Positions 1-10,016 of a DNA stretch of 64,000 nucleotides are shown here, in pieces. The DNA is from an uncultured bacterium (GTDB lineage Bacteria; Cyanobacteriota; Vampirovibrionia; Gastranaerophilales; Gastranaerophilaceae), in contig CASEEG010000125.1 of assembly GCA_949286885.1 (NCBI GenBank), positions 123 through 64,122 of the forward strand, in the 5' to 3' direction. Every line of letters starts with the position of its first letter. Within the stretch, counting starts at the first letter, position 1. The notes beneath the pieces are model-generated. The model worked only from the letters and a program-made list of their open reading frames with translations, was not told the DNA's origin and made no database searches. The position numbers were made by a program, and so were the translations under genes.

Positions 1-2
1 TA

Positions 3-257
3 TCCGAAAAGCTTACAAAAGAGCTTGTAAGCTATGGATTAAGGGGTATTGAAGCATATCATCGTAAGCACTCTCCTGCAGTTGTAGAATATTTTTCAAC
101 CTTAGCTGAAAAATACGGTTTAATAATAACCGGCGGTTCTGATTTTCATGCTCCATCGCTAAACCATGGTGCAATTTTAATGGGTAAAAACTTTGTTCCG
201 GAATGGGTTTATGATGAATTAATAAAGGAAAAAAGAAGAATTGAGATGTCATTTTAA
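3..257 (+). CDS. PHP-family phosphoesterase, C-terminal fragment (5' end lies outside the window)
   Basis: Frame +3 is open from the window edge and reads ...GIEAYHRKHSPAVVEYFSTLAEKYGLIITGGSDFHAPS... to TAA at 255-257. GGSDFH matches the terminal metal-ligand motif of PHP domains. It is absent from the ORF track because no start codon lies in the window. Confidence 0.55.
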   Translation, partial: SEKLTKELVSYGLRGIEAYHRKHSPAVVEYFSTLAEKYGLIITGGSDFHAPSLNHGAILMGKNFVPEWVYDELIKEKRRIEMSF

Positions 258-260
258 AAA

Positions 261-281
261 GGCTCAATTTTGAGCCTTTTT
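261..281 (+). terminator. Rho-independent terminator after the PHP gene
   Basis: GGCTCA-ATTT-TGAGCC stem-loop (261-276) followed by TTTTT. Confidence 0.75.
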
Positions 282-355
282 AAAATTGTTACATTTTTGA
301 TATTTTTGCCAGGTGCGCTAGAATATTTATGTGAAGATTAAATTTTAGGGATATT

Positions 356-913
356 ATGACAAAAAAAGAAACAATACAGTCTGTAATTAAATTTTTGGAA
401 TTGGCTTTAAGCGATGATGCACTTGCTTTCTTTTTTCAAATAAAAAAGTCTTTCAGTGACGATGAGCTATTTTACGATTTTTTGCACCATTACTTGACAA
501 TTCAGAAAGACGGGCTACCCCCTCTTGAGGGTAGGCTATATGCTGATTTTTGTACGTATTTCTCGCATATGCTTGAAATCCAAAGTGAGGAAAAGGTTCT
601 TGAACAAGTAGCCAGATATGCAAAATACTATTTAATGTTAAAGCTGGAATACATTGAAGACAAAGATTTTGCACGCAGTATATCGGTGATAAACGCTTAT
701 GAAGCCTGGGATGCTTATCCTTTCTTACTTGAAGTAATGGATGATTATGAAAACAAAAGAATTGATTCAACCGCACTTTTAAATATGTTAAACATGGTTG
801 AAGATTTGGCTTTTAAAAGGTTGCAAACCGGTGAAGACAATAGTCTTTCGACACTTGGTATGGATATTAATAAAATGTTATACAGTTCAAATTTACGTAA
901 GGACGCAATTTGA
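356..913 (+). CDS. hypothetical protein (185 aa)
   Basis: Intact ORF whose stop overlaps the obg start (TGATG), which suggests translational coupling. No motif recognised. Confidence 0.5.
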   Translation: MTKKETIQSVIKFLELALSDDALAFFFQIKKSFSDDELFYDFLHHYLTIQKDGLPPLEGRLYADFCTYFSHMLEIQSEEKVLEQVARYAKYYLMLKLEYIEDKDFARSISVINAYEAWDAYPFLLEVMDDYENKRIDSTALLNMLNMVEDLAFKRLQTGEDNSLSTLGMDINKMLYSSNLRKDAI

Positions 914-2196
914 TGGCCGCATTTATAGATAAAGTAAAAGTAAAAGTTGTGTCAGGACGTGGCGGAAATGGTTGCGTTGCTTGGAGAAGAGAAAAATTTG
1001 TAGATAAAGGCGGCCCGGCCGGTGGTGATGGTGGCAGGGGTGGTGACGTTTATTTTGTTGCCGATGAGAACATGTCAACTTTACTTGATTTTACTTATAA
1101 GTCCGTATTTCGCGCACAAGACGGTGAAAACGGTAAAAATAAAAATTGCCATGGGCAAGCAGGTGAAGACATTTATCTCAAAGTTCCAGTAGGTGTCATT
1201 ATTCGCGACTTAAAAAACGGAAAAATCATTGCTGATTTGGATGAACATGCCAAAATCGTTCTTGTGGCAAAAGGTGGTAGGGGCGGAAGAGGCAACGCAA
1301 GGTTTGCCACTGCTCAAAAAAGAAGCCCTCAATTTTGCGAACCCGGTGAAGCCTCGGTTGAAAGAGAACTAGAGCTTGAACTAAAACTTATTGCAGACGT
1401 GGGGTTGCTCGGTATGCCCAATGCTGGTAAATCAAGTCTTATAAGCATTATAAGTTCTGCGCGTCCAAAAATAGCTGATTATCCATTTACTACACTTACC
1501 CCTAATCTTGGCGTGGTAAAAAAGCTGGATGGGGATGGCTTCGTTGTTGCAGATATTCCAGGACTTATTGAAGGAGCATCTGAAGGCATTGGTTTAGGAT
1601 ATGAATTTTTGCGACATGTTCAGCGTTGCAGATTTTTTATTCATATTGTTGATATTAGCTCACAAGATCCAGTAGCCAGCTATTTAAAAATTAATAATGA
1701 GCTGGAAAAATATGATAGTGAACTTTTAAAAAGGCACCAGGTTTTAGTTTTAAACAAAAAAGATATTGTTAATGAAACTAAAGTAGAAAAAGTACTGACA
1801 GAATTTAAAAATGTTTTTAGCGGAAAACTTTTTGTAGTGTCTTGTGCGACATCGGAGGGCATTAAGGAACTTTTAAACTGCTTGTATACTTTGGTTGATG
1901 AACTCCCGCGTCATGAATTTGAAATTGAAATTCAGGATGATTATGAATTTAACAATAACGATGATTCCGAGTTTTTTATTACAAAACTTAATAAAAATAC
2001 ATATAGTGTTACCGGCGGAAAACTGAAGAGGCTTATCGCCGTTACTGACGTTAAAAACGTCCAACAAGTAAGACGACTTTCCAACATCATGGACTCTATG
2101 GGCGTTTGGTCAGAGTTAAGGCGTCTGGGTGTTCAAAACGAGGACTGCGTGGTTGTTGAGGGTGTTGAAATGATTTATACCGAAAATTATTTTTAA
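913..2196 (+). CDS. obg: GTPase Obg/CgtA
   Basis: Gly-rich Obg fold (GGNGCVAWRREKFVDKGGPAGGDGGRGGDVYF), G1 motif GMPNAGKSS, DIPGLIEGA, NKKD, and a C-terminal Obg-CT extension. ATG at 913 is preferred to the TTG at 910 given in the track. Confidence 0.95.
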   Translation: MAAFIDKVKVKVVSGRGGNGCVAWRREKFVDKGGPAGGDGGRGGDVYFVADENMSTLLDFTYKSVFRAQDGENGKNKNCHGQAGEDIYLKVPVGVIIRDLKNGKIIADLDEHAKIVLVAKGGRGGRGNARFATAQKRSPQFCEPGEASVERELELELKLIADVGLLGMPNAGKSSLISIISSARPKIADYPFTTLTPNLGVVKKLDGDGFVVADIPGLIEGASEGIGLGYEFLRHVQRCRFFIHIVDISSQDPVASYLKINNELEKYDSELLKRHQVLVLNKKDIVNETKVEKVLTEFKNVFSGKLFVVSCATSEGIKELLNCLYTLVDELPRHEFEIEIQDDYEFNNNDDSEFFITKLNKNTYSVTGGKLKRLIAVTDVKNVQQVRRLSNIMDSMGVWSELRRLGVQNEDCVVVEGVEMIYTENYF

Positions 2197-2227
2197 GTTC
2201 ATTTGTTTGTATGATTTTTTACAAAAA

Positions 2228-2256
2228 TTGACGACAAGTCAACTTGAATATATGAT
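2228..2256 (+). promoter_or_regulatory. candidate sigma-70 promoter for the pilus operon
   Basis: TTGACG (2228-2233), 17-nt spacer, TATGAT (2251-2256). The -35 lies inside a TTGAC-N5-GTCAA inverted repeat. Confidence 0.35.
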
Positions 2257-2318
2257 AATAATATTGAGTATGAATACAAGTTATGTTAGAATAGCCAACG
2301 GATAGTATTGAGAGAATA

Positions 2319-3530
2319 ATGTTTTTTGAGGACGAAAAGGAAAATTTAGATAATCTGGAAAATCTTGATGATTTAGATCTTGATTTGGATGATGAGTCTG
2401 ATGACGAGTCGATTAGTTGGGATGAACTACTTAAGGATAGTACCCCTACTGATACCGATGTTGTTTCGGTTGCTACCGGTAAAACAGAACCGTTAAAAAG
2501 CGTGAAGACAAAAAAACATGTTTCTGCTAAAAAAGCCACTTCTACAGAAAGTGACGATGAACTTTTGCAAGATGATTCGGATTTGCAAGAAGAAATTTTT
2601 AGCGAACCCGGCAATATAAATAGTAAGAGCACTAAAAAAGATGCTTTTGATGTTTTTGGAGGGAAAGAGGCAACAGAGAATCTTACCGATGTTGATAATG
2701 TTATGGATGATCAGGATCAAGGTATATTAAATGAACTTGATAATATGGAGTCTGTTCCTGATTTGAGCACAGATGATGAAAATTTAAATATCGGGATTAA
2801 AAATGATGATAAGCAAACCAGTATACCTGTTATAGCCGGGGTTATATTTGCTTCTGCCTTGGTGCTGGGCTCTCTTTTGTTTATGTTTTTTGGTCCTAAA
2901 AATACACCACGACCTCAGGTTGCGCAGCCTCTGCCACAGCAAACCGGTGTAGAACAGGCAGAACAAAAGGAAAATGTTCCCGCCCAGCCTGATGATAAGG
3001 TTTCAAATGAACAAATCCCTGTTGTTAAAGATGATGACGCAAAGAAGTTGAAAGCAGACAAGAAAGTTGTGCTATCTGTTGAAAGTGCAGGTAGAGCTAA
3101 TCCTTTCTTACCTACCTTTGATGATTTTAATGACAATTATTATGCTGGCATTCCTCCGCAATCACTTCTTCCCCCAGATAAGTATGGTAATGAACCAGAT
3201 GCTCAAGATCTGTTGAAAATTGCTGTTTCGGGAATTTTGTTCGACGATATAAAACCTTCTGCAATAGTTACTATTTCTGGTATTGATTATTTTGTACAAA
3301 AAGGCGATATGGTAGATGACTATCTTGTTATGGATATCAATCGTCAGTTTGTGGTTGTAAAGAAAGGTACCAATATTTATAAAGCCGGAGTAGGCGAGAG
3401 ATTTAGCCAGAATTCCGAAATAAGTGGTGCTGCAGTGTACGGTTCCGGTGGTGTTAGAAAATATAAAAGCTTTGGTGATGATTATACATCAGCTTCAGAC
3501 ATCGAAATTCACCCTATACAGAGAAATTAA
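2319..3530 (+). CDS. pilus assembly protein with one TM segment and a PilP-like C-terminal domain
   Basis: Acidic N-terminus, TM segment IPVIAGVIFASALVLGSLLFMFF and a Pro/Gln linker. Next comes GRANPFLP, followed by a beta-rich segment (AVSGILFDD...YFVQKGDMVDDYLVMDINRQFVVVKK) typical of PilP. It sits directly upstream of the secretin gene. Confidence 0.55.
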   Translation: MFFEDEKENLDNLENLDDLDLDLDDESDDESISWDELLKDSTPTDTDVVSVATGKTEPLKSVKTKKHVSAKKATSTESDDELLQDDSDLQEEIFSEPGNINSKSTKKDAFDVFGGKEATENLTDVDNVMDDQDQGILNELDNMESVPDLSTDDENLNIGIKNDDKQTSIPVIAGVIFASALVLGSLLFMFFGPKNTPRPQVAQPLPQQTGVEQAEQKENVPAQPDDKVSNEQIPVVKDDDAKKLKADKKVVLSVESAGRANPFLPTFDDFNDNYYAGIPPQSLLPPDKYGNEPDAQDLLKIAVSGILFDDIKPSAIVTISGIDYFVQKGDMVDDYLVMDINRQFVVVKKGTNIYKAGVGERFSQNSEISGAAVYGSGGVRKYKSFGDDYTSASDIEIHPIQRN

Positions 3531-3565
3531 AGTTATAAGTAAATAATCTAGGAGTTTAAAATATA

Positions 3566-5545
3566 ATGTTTACGCAAAAAACAAAAAGTATTGTTCAAAA
3601 ATTTACCGTATTACTTATGTTATTCTCTTTTGTCCAGTCTTCATGGGCAGGGATTGACTTTAAAATATCTAATTTGAGTGCAAGCGATAATAAAATTGCG
3701 TATACAAATTTTGACACTCCTGCTAATTATTACAACGACGGCGATGACTCAAATATTTTAAATATTAATAATTATTATCAAGACAAGAGCACTGCGGAGC
3801 CTGTGAATTTAAACGAGAATGTTAGAATTACAAATTCCAAAGCAAAGATTAATTTGTCCTTGCGGGATTCTGATGTTAAACAAGTGCTGAGAATGTTTGC
3901 TCAAAAAGCAGGGCTGAATGTTATATTTCATAACTCTGTTGACGGTAGAGTTACATTAGATCTTGTTAATGTCACCCTCAATGATGCTTTCTTGTTAGTA
4001 TTGAGATCTGCTGAACTTACATATGTTCTGGATGGCAAGAATATTATAGTTGCCTCAAATGCTCAAGGTTCAAAGCTTAGTTTTGCAAAACAGAATTTGA
4101 ATATTATTCCGATTAAATACGAAAGAGCTCAAAATATCGCAGATTTTTTGAATAACAATATTTTTGGTTCAAATATTGCAGGTTTGTCGAACGATAAAAT
4201 TGTTACTTCTAACCCTGCAACAAATGAAATTTTGTTGTTTGGTACTCAGAATGATTATGAAGTTGCGAAAAGAATTGCTCAAAAACTTGACAGAAAGCCC
4301 ATGATTAATACATTCAAAGTAAACCATACTACTCCAAAGGAAATGGCTATGCTTATCTGCAGTACTTTCATCGAGGTAAATAAAAAGGTTTCTACTGAAG
4401 ACGAGGACAGTCTCGCTGATGATGATGACGATGATGATACTGAAGATGATGAAGAAATTAAAAAAGTAAAATTAGGCAGTGGAATAGTCGCTTGTAGAGC
4501 CACAGAAGAAGTTGTCAGAGGTGATTCTGGTAGTTCCAATCCTGTTGGCGGGGTAAATAACGAAGAAAACGCATTAAAAATGTTTGCCTCCGCTCCTTTG
4601 GCAGTAGTCTATTTCCCTGAGCTGGGCACAATAAATGTCAATGGCGGTTCGTATGAACAAGTCAAAATGATAAAAGAATTTATTGAACAAAACGATAAAA
4701 AACAACCGATGGCTTATGTTGAAATGACAGTCGTAGAACTTAATGAAACTGGTTCAAAAGAGTTCGCTAATGAGTGGAGTTTGTGGACACCTTTTATCAG
4801 CTTAGATTTCAATACTGCCAATGGTCTTTCCACAAATGCTAATCATCCTACATTCTTTATGGGTAGAAGTTATGATGTAATAACAAATACTACCGGTGAT
4901 GATGGTGGAGCCACTACAACAAGATACACTGTCGATAAATATCGTGGTGATTCTACGTTGGTTTATCGTCTGAAATATTTAGTTCAAAATGGCAAAGGTC
5001 GAGTTTTAACTAATCCAAAAATCATGGTTACAAATGGTCAGAAATCAATAATAGATATGACAGCCGATTATGTTAAAACTGTTAAATCTGAAATGTTGAC
5101 CACTATTGACAATGCAGGTATTTCAAGAACTTATGAAGTTGGCGATGACGAAGGTCTTAAGATTGAATTAATGCCCTTTATAAGTCCTGACGGTTACGTT
5201 TCGTTAAATATCAAACCAGAGTTTGCTACTATTAAAGAAAGAATCTATGCTCCGGGTCAAAGCAGTGAAGATGAGCTTCAAGCTACCTTACTACAAAGAA
5301 GAGATCTTTCTTTGAATAATATCAGAATTAAAGACGGTGAAACATTAGTACTTGCTGGTTTGATTAAGGAGAATGAAACTCAACAAGTAACAAAAATTCC
5401 TGTTTTAGGCGATCTACCCTTGGTTGGTGTTTTCTTTAGGACTTCTTCTAACCAAAAATCAAAAGAAGAGCTTGTGATAATGATTACTCCTCATATCGTA
5501 TATTCTTCTGAAGATATTGCAAATATCAAGCCTATAGATCTGTAA
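3566..5545 (+). CDS. pilQ: type IV pilus secretin PilQ (GspD/PilQ family)
   Basis: Signal peptide, an N0/STN-like domain (INLSLRDSDVKQVLRMFAQKAGLNVIF...) and a secretin core (VTNGQKS, LVLAGLI, PVLGDLPLVGVFFR). A good SD (TAGGAG) precedes the ATG. Confidence 0.9.
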   Translation: MFTQKTKSIVQKFTVLLMLFSFVQSSWAGIDFKISNLSASDNKIAYTNFDTPANYYNDGDDSNILNINNYYQDKSTAEPVNLNENVRITNSKAKINLSLRDSDVKQVLRMFAQKAGLNVIFHNSVDGRVTLDLVNVTLNDAFLLVLRSAELTYVLDGKNIIVASNAQGSKLSFAKQNLNIIPIKYERAQNIADFLNNNIFGSNIAGLSNDKIVTSNPATNEILLFGTQNDYEVAKRIAQKLDRKPMINTFKVNHTTPKEMAMLICSTFIEVNKKVSTEDEDSLADDDDDDDTEDDEEIKKVKLGSGIVACRATEEVVRGDSGSSNPVGGVNNEENALKMFASAPLAVVYFPELGTINVNGGSYEQVKMIKEFIEQNDKKQPMAYVEMTVVELNETGSKEFANEWSLWTPFISLDFNTANGLSTNANHPTFFMGRSYDVITNTTGDDGGATTTRYTVDKYRGDSTLVYRLKYLVQNGKGRVLTNPKIMVTNGQKSIIDMTADYVKTVKSEMLTTIDNAGISRTYEVGDDEGLKIELMPFISPDGYVSLNIKPEFATIKERIYAPGQSSEDELQATLLQRRDLSLNNIRIKDGETLVLAGLIKENETQQVTKIPVLGDLPLVGVFFRTSSNQKSKEELVIMITPHIVYSSEDIANIKPIDL

Positions 5546-5557
5546 TTAATTATAAAT

Positions 5558-7843
5558 ATGACTAATGATTTACTTGAGAAACTTATAAAGAAAATAAACT
5601 TTGAATATGCCAATAATTTTGAGTTGGCAATTGCAAAGGAGTATTCTTTTGTGCCAATAAATGTGCAGGGCGATTCCTTCTTTGTGGCAGTTTCTCCTGA
5701 TGCTGATAAAGAAAAAATCATTGAGTACATAAAGCCAATTATAGATAAAAAAGTTGAGTTTATATTTCTTTCAAAGCCCAATTTTGACACGTTGTTTGAC
5801 GGTTTTTTGAAAAAATTCTCCTCTAAATTTGGATCCGTATTGTCTGATAATTCTTCAAGTGATCCATTTTCAGATGTTGTTTTTGAGCAGCAAAAAGAAA
5901 AGTCTGAACTTTCTGATAATGAACCACAGGATAGTGATGACGCTATTGATCTGGATGATGAAGTTGATTTAGATAGTGATGATGATTTAATTGACATTTC
6001 AGATGATAACATTCCTGATGGCAATGCTGCTAAAAATGATGTTAATAATGAATCTTCTCCAGATAGTAAGCCAAAAAAAAACGATATTAGGGGCGATATA
6101 AATTCTGTTGAGGCACCCTCAACAAAAAAAATCGGTGAAATACTTATTGAAGAAGGATTGATTACAGATAAACAATTGACCATGGCTTTGGCTGAATCTA
6201 AAGTATTAGGAATACCATTGGGTTCTGTCTTGGTAAAAATGGGATTTATTACAATTAAAGAGCTTAAAGAGGCGTTGGGTGCGCAGATGGGTGTTAAGCT
6301 TGCCACAGCTGAGCAACTCAAAGCTCTTCCTACTGCTATTTCTATTTTGCCCGAAGACTTTGTTCGTGAGAATAAGGTTATACCGCTAAGTATGACCGAT
6401 AAGTCACTTGTTGTTGGTATGGTTGATCCCGGTAATTCAAAGACAATTAATGAAATTGTCTACCAGACTGGTTTAAAACCTACTGTAATTATGGTCACCC
6501 ATTATGAATACGAAGCTTTTTTGCAGACATATTATGAAAATGAGCGTGAAGCTGCAAACAAAATTCTTCAAGAAATCGAAAATGAGAAATCCGAGGTAGA
6601 TGCTTCAGATTCTTTATGGGATCAAGTTGAAAATGAGATAAAAGATACTTCTGGTACTGTTGCAAAATTCGCAAACAAAATTGTAACACTTGCTATTGAT
6701 CAAAAAGCTTCTGATATACACATTGAACCAAGGCTTGTTGGTTATGTTGTAAGGTTCCGTGTCGACGGTACATTAAGAGAAGTTTTAAAAATTCCTGCAA
6801 AGGTTGATTCTGCGGTAGTTTCAAGGTTTAAAGTATTGGCTCGCATGAATATTGCTGAACACAGACGTGCTCAAGACGGTAACTTTTCTATCAAGTATAA
6901 AAAGGTGCAGCATGATTTTCGTGTAAACACTTTGCCTGTTGGTAACAAAGAGAAGATGGTTATAAGGGTTCTTGCTCCCGCAATTACTGATTCTAGTAAT
7001 GATAAACAAATTAATATAGATGGAATATCTGAAGAAGAAAGAAAAAAAATTGAGTATTTGATTTCATTGCCAAATGGTATAGTTTTGACATCTGGTCCTA
7101 CTGGTTCTGGTAAAACTACAACGCTGTACTCGCTTATAAGAACATTGAATTCAGAAGACGTTAATATTACTACAATAGAAGATCCTATCGAAATTAAAAT
7201 GGATGGAGTAAACCAGTCGGCTGTTAATCCTAAGGCAGGAATTACTTTTGCTAATTGTCTAAGAGCTATCCTGAGACAGGACCCTGATATTATACTTGTT
7301 GGTGAGATACGTGACTTTGAAACACTCGAAGTTGCAATTTCCGCTTCGCTGACAGGTCACCTGGTATTAAGTACAATTCACACAAACTCTGCTTCGGCAA
7401 CAATTACTCGTTTAATTGAAATGGGTGCAAAAGACTACTTGGTTTCTTCCACGGTAACGGGCGTAATTGCACAAAGACTTGTAAAAAAACTTTGTCCCGA
7501 GTGTAAAGAGCCATACAAACCCACACTGGAAGAAGCCCGTAAGATACTTACCGATCCTCAGGATATAAAAAGATTGATGGATTCAACCATATATAAAGCT
7601 TGCGGTTGTCCGTATTGCAATGATACCGGTTATTCCGGACGTACTGGTGTTTTTGAAATTATGTTAATAAATAAAGAAATGAAAAAAATGATTGCTCAAA
7701 GGGCACATGATGTTGAGTTGGAGGATTATGCAGTTAAGCATGGCATGAAAACACTCAAGATGTCTTGTGTTGAGCATATAATTAATGGTGTAACTACGAT
7801 AGACGAGTTTGTTAGAATTCTGGGTCTTGCAAGAGAACAATAG
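5558..7843 (+). CDS. pilB: type IV pilus assembly ATPase PilB (GspE family) with an extended N-terminus
   Basis: Walker A GPTGSGKTTT, Asp/His boxes (DPDIILVGEIRD, TGHLVLSTIHTN), tetracysteine CPEC...CPYC and T2SSE_N/MshEN-like N-domains. Confidence 0.92.
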   Translation: MTNDLLEKLIKKINFEYANNFELAIAKEYSFVPINVQGDSFFVAVSPDADKEKIIEYIKPIIDKKVEFIFLSKPNFDTLFDGFLKKFSSKFGSVLSDNSSSDPFSDVVFEQQKEKSELSDNEPQDSDDAIDLDDEVDLDSDDDLIDISDDNIPDGNAAKNDVNNESSPDSKPKKNDIRGDINSVEAPSTKKIGEILIEEGLITDKQLTMALAESKVLGIPLGSVLVKMGFITIKELKEALGAQMGVKLATAEQLKALPTAISILPEDFVRENKVIPLSMTDKSLVVGMVDPGNSKTINEIVYQTGLKPTVIMVTHYEYEAFLQTYYENEREAANKILQEIENEKSEVDASDSLWDQVENEIKDTSGTVAKFANKIVTLAIDQKASDIHIEPRLVGYVVRFRVDGTLREVLKIPAKVDSAVVSRFKVLARMNIAEHRRAQDGNFSIKYKKVQHDFRVNTLPVGNKEKMVIRVLAPAITDSSNDKQINIDGISEEERKKIEYLISLPNGIVLTSGPTGSGKTTTLYSLIRTLNSEDVNITTIEDPIEIKMDGVNQSAVNPKAGITFANCLRAILRQDPDIILVGEIRDFETLEVAISASLTGHLVLSTIHTNSASATITRLIEMGAKDYLVSSTVTGVIAQRLVKKLCPECKEPYKPTLEEARKILTDPQDIKRLMDSTIYKACGCPYCNDTGYSGRTGVFEIMLINKEMKKMIAQRAHDVELEDYAVKHGMKTLKMSCVEHIINGVTTIDEFVRILGLAREQ

Positions 7844-7851
7844 AGGTGTAA

Positions 7852-9078
7852 ATGCCAACTTTTTCATATACTGCATTAAAAAATAATAAAGATATTGTTA
7901 GCGGAAAAATTGATGCACTTGATGCTCGTTCCGCACGTGAGGCAATAAAAAAAATGGGTCTTCTTCCGACAAAAATTACGGACGATTCGGTAAAGACTCC
8001 TGGTAATAAATCCAGTGAAGTAAAAAAAATACGTGTAAAAAATATAAGAAGTTTTTCCTTAAAGGATAAAATAGAATTTACGCAGACTTTACAGATTTTA
8101 ACATCAACAGGTATTCCTATAATTGAAACTCTTGTGTTTATGGAAAATAATGCACAGTCACCATCAATTAGGGCAGTTGCACAGGAATTGCGTAGAAATA
8201 TCATTGTTGGTGGCTTAACTCTTGCCGAAACATTAGAGAGACACAGAAAAATATTTGGCAGGGTTTACGTTGGCCTTGTAAAAGCTGGGGAGGATTCCGG
8301 TGAATTAGATAAAACTCTTTCCCGTATGTTGGAATTACTCAGAAAGCAGGATGATATAAAGAGTAAAGTTATCGGTGCGCTTATTTATCCGGTTTTTGTT
8401 ATTCTGCTTGCTTGCATAGTTGTCACAGTGATGTTGGTTTTTGTTTTCCCTGCGTTTAAGGAAATGTTTGATAACTTAGGACGCGAGTTGCCTTTAATGA
8501 CACAAATTTGTATGTCGTTGGGATTGTTTATTAGGAAATTCTGGTTCATTCCGATAATTGCTATAACGTTCCTGGTTTTGGCTGTTAAACATATTTTATC
8601 TAATGACATTACAAAACGTCCTGTTGACTCTTTTTTGTTAAAAGTTCCACTTTTGTCGGAGTTGTTGCGTTTTTCTAATTATTCAAATTTCCTAGCTGTT
8701 TTACAAGTTGCATATGAGGCAGGTATTCCGATTGTAGATTGTCTTTATCTTGCAAATATGACACTTGACAACTTGGTACTTAAGGATGCAATCTTTCAAG
8801 CTACTTCAAGAGTTCAGCAAGGTACGCACTTGTCTGTTGCTCTGAGGTCTTCAAATCAGATACCAAGTATGATGACCTTTATGATTGCAACCGGTGAACA
8901 ATCAGGTCGTTTAGGTGAATTATTGCATCACTGTACAACTTTTATTGATCAAAGACTAGATGGTATTATTGACAAGTTTACAAAACTTGTTGAACCGGCA
9001 ATGCTAATATTTATTGGCGGAGTTGTTCTGTTCTTGGCCTTGTCGCTTTATATGCCACTGTTTGCTGCTTACGGCTAG
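7852..9078 (+). CDS. pilC: type IV pilus platform protein PilC (GspF family)
   Basis: Two GspF repeats (GLVKAGEDSGELDKTL and ATGEQSGRLGELL), three TM segments, and position after pilB. Confidence 0.92.
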   Translation: MPTFSYTALKNNKDIVSGKIDALDARSAREAIKKMGLLPTKITDDSVKTPGNKSSEVKKIRVKNIRSFSLKDKIEFTQTLQILTSTGIPIIETLVFMENNAQSPSIRAVAQELRRNIIVGGLTLAETLERHRKIFGRVYVGLVKAGEDSGELDKTLSRMLELLRKQDDIKSKVIGALIYPVFVILLACIVVTVMLVFVFPAFKEMFDNLGRELPLMTQICMSLGLFIRKFWFIPIIAITFLVLAVKHILSNDITKRPVDSFLLKVPLLSELLRFSNYSNFLAVLQVAYEAGIPIVDCLYLANMTLDNLVLKDAIFQATSRVQQGTHLSVALRSSNQIPSMMTFMIATGEQSGRLGELLHHCTTFIDQRLDGIIDKFTKLVEPAMLIFIGGVVLFLALSLYMPLFAAYG

Positions 9079-9187
9079 AAAGCAGTCAGGTAAAATCCTA
9101 TAGCGTTAATTAATTTGAAGTTTTTTTCTTGATTTTACTTTTGTGCTATTATTTTTCTGTTGATATTTTTGTAAAAGGAGTTTTAAA

Positions 9188-9964
9188 ATGAGCAGAAGAC
9201 CTATTATAGCTGGAAATTGGAAAATGCACAATAACCGAGAAGAAAGCTTAAAGCTTGTTTCGGGTATAAAAGATGCTATCCAAAATATTGATTTAGATGC
9301 ACTACCTGAAGTAGTTGTAGCTCCGGTTTTTACTTCATTACATGTCGTTAGCGAAAAAATTTGTAACTGCGGTTGTGCCAAAATTAAACTTGCTGCCCAA
9401 AATTGTTACTATGAAGCAAAAGGCGCATTTACTGGCGAAGTTTCCATAGATATGATAAAAGATTTTGATGCAAAATATATAATTATTGGACATTCGGAAC
9501 GTCGTCAAATCTTTGGTGAATCTGATGAAATGATTAATAAAAAAGCAATAGCAATTATTGATGCCGGTCTTACCCCAATTATTTGTTGTGGTGAAACTCT
9601 TGAGCAGCGTGAACTTGGTGTTACCGATTCTCATATTGCATCACAAATTGTAAAAGCATTAGACGGCATTAAACCTTCTGACGTTGCAAATGTTGTTATC
9701 GCTTATGAGCCAATTTGGGCAATTGGCACCGGTAAGACCTGTGACAGTGCGGAAGCAAACAGAGTTATTAAGGGTATAAGGGCAACATTGACTCAAATTG
9801 CAGGTAAAGAAAATGCTGATAAAGTGAGAATTCTTTATGGCGGTTCTGTAAAACCAGAAACAATTAAAGAGCAAATGGCACAATCTGATATTGATGGTGC
9901 ACTTGTTGGCGGCGCTAGTTTAAAAGTAGATAGTTTTGTTGAAATAATAAAAGGTGCTATCTAG
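9188..9964 (+). CDS. tpiA: triosephosphate isomerase
   Basis: IIAGNWKMH, IIGHSERR, AYEPIWAIGTG and YGGSV motifs. SD AAAGGAG lies upstream. Confidence 0.95.
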   Translation: MSRRPIIAGNWKMHNNREESLKLVSGIKDAIQNIDLDALPEVVVAPVFTSLHVVSEKICNCGCAKIKLAAQNCYYEAKGAFTGEVSIDMIKDFDAKYIIIGHSERRQIFGESDEMINKKAIAIIDAGLTPIICCGETLEQRELGVTDSHIASQIVKALDGIKPSDVANVVIAYEPIWAIGTGKTCDSAEANRVIKGIRATLTQIAGKENADKVRILYGGSVKPETIKEQMAQSDIDGALVGGASLKVDSFVEIIKGAI

Positions 9965-9988
9965 ACCGTTTTGATTTTATAAACTGCT

Positions 9989-10014
9989 AAATGACCCCTG
10001 CATTGGGGTCATTT
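9989..10014. terminator. bidirectional terminator hairpin between tpiA and metW
   Basis: AAATGACCCC-N6-GGGGTCATTT perfect 10-bp stem between convergent genes. Confidence 0.6.
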
Positions 10015-10016
10015 AG

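Noticed and set aside
13-267. 84-aa minus-strand ORF at the window start.
   Set aside because: The opposite strand encodes a recognisable PHP-domain C-terminus that ends at 257 and is followed by a terminator, so the minus ORF is an antisense artefact.
5491-6321. 276-aa minus-strand ORF (Ser/Leu-rich) across the pilQ/pilB junction. The 137-aa ORF at 2219..2632 and the 86-aa ORF at 4279..4539 are similar.
   Set aside because: They are antisense shadows of the GAT/GAA-rich acidic tracts in strongly supported pilus genes. They are low-complexity (poly-Ser), have no SD and match no known fold.
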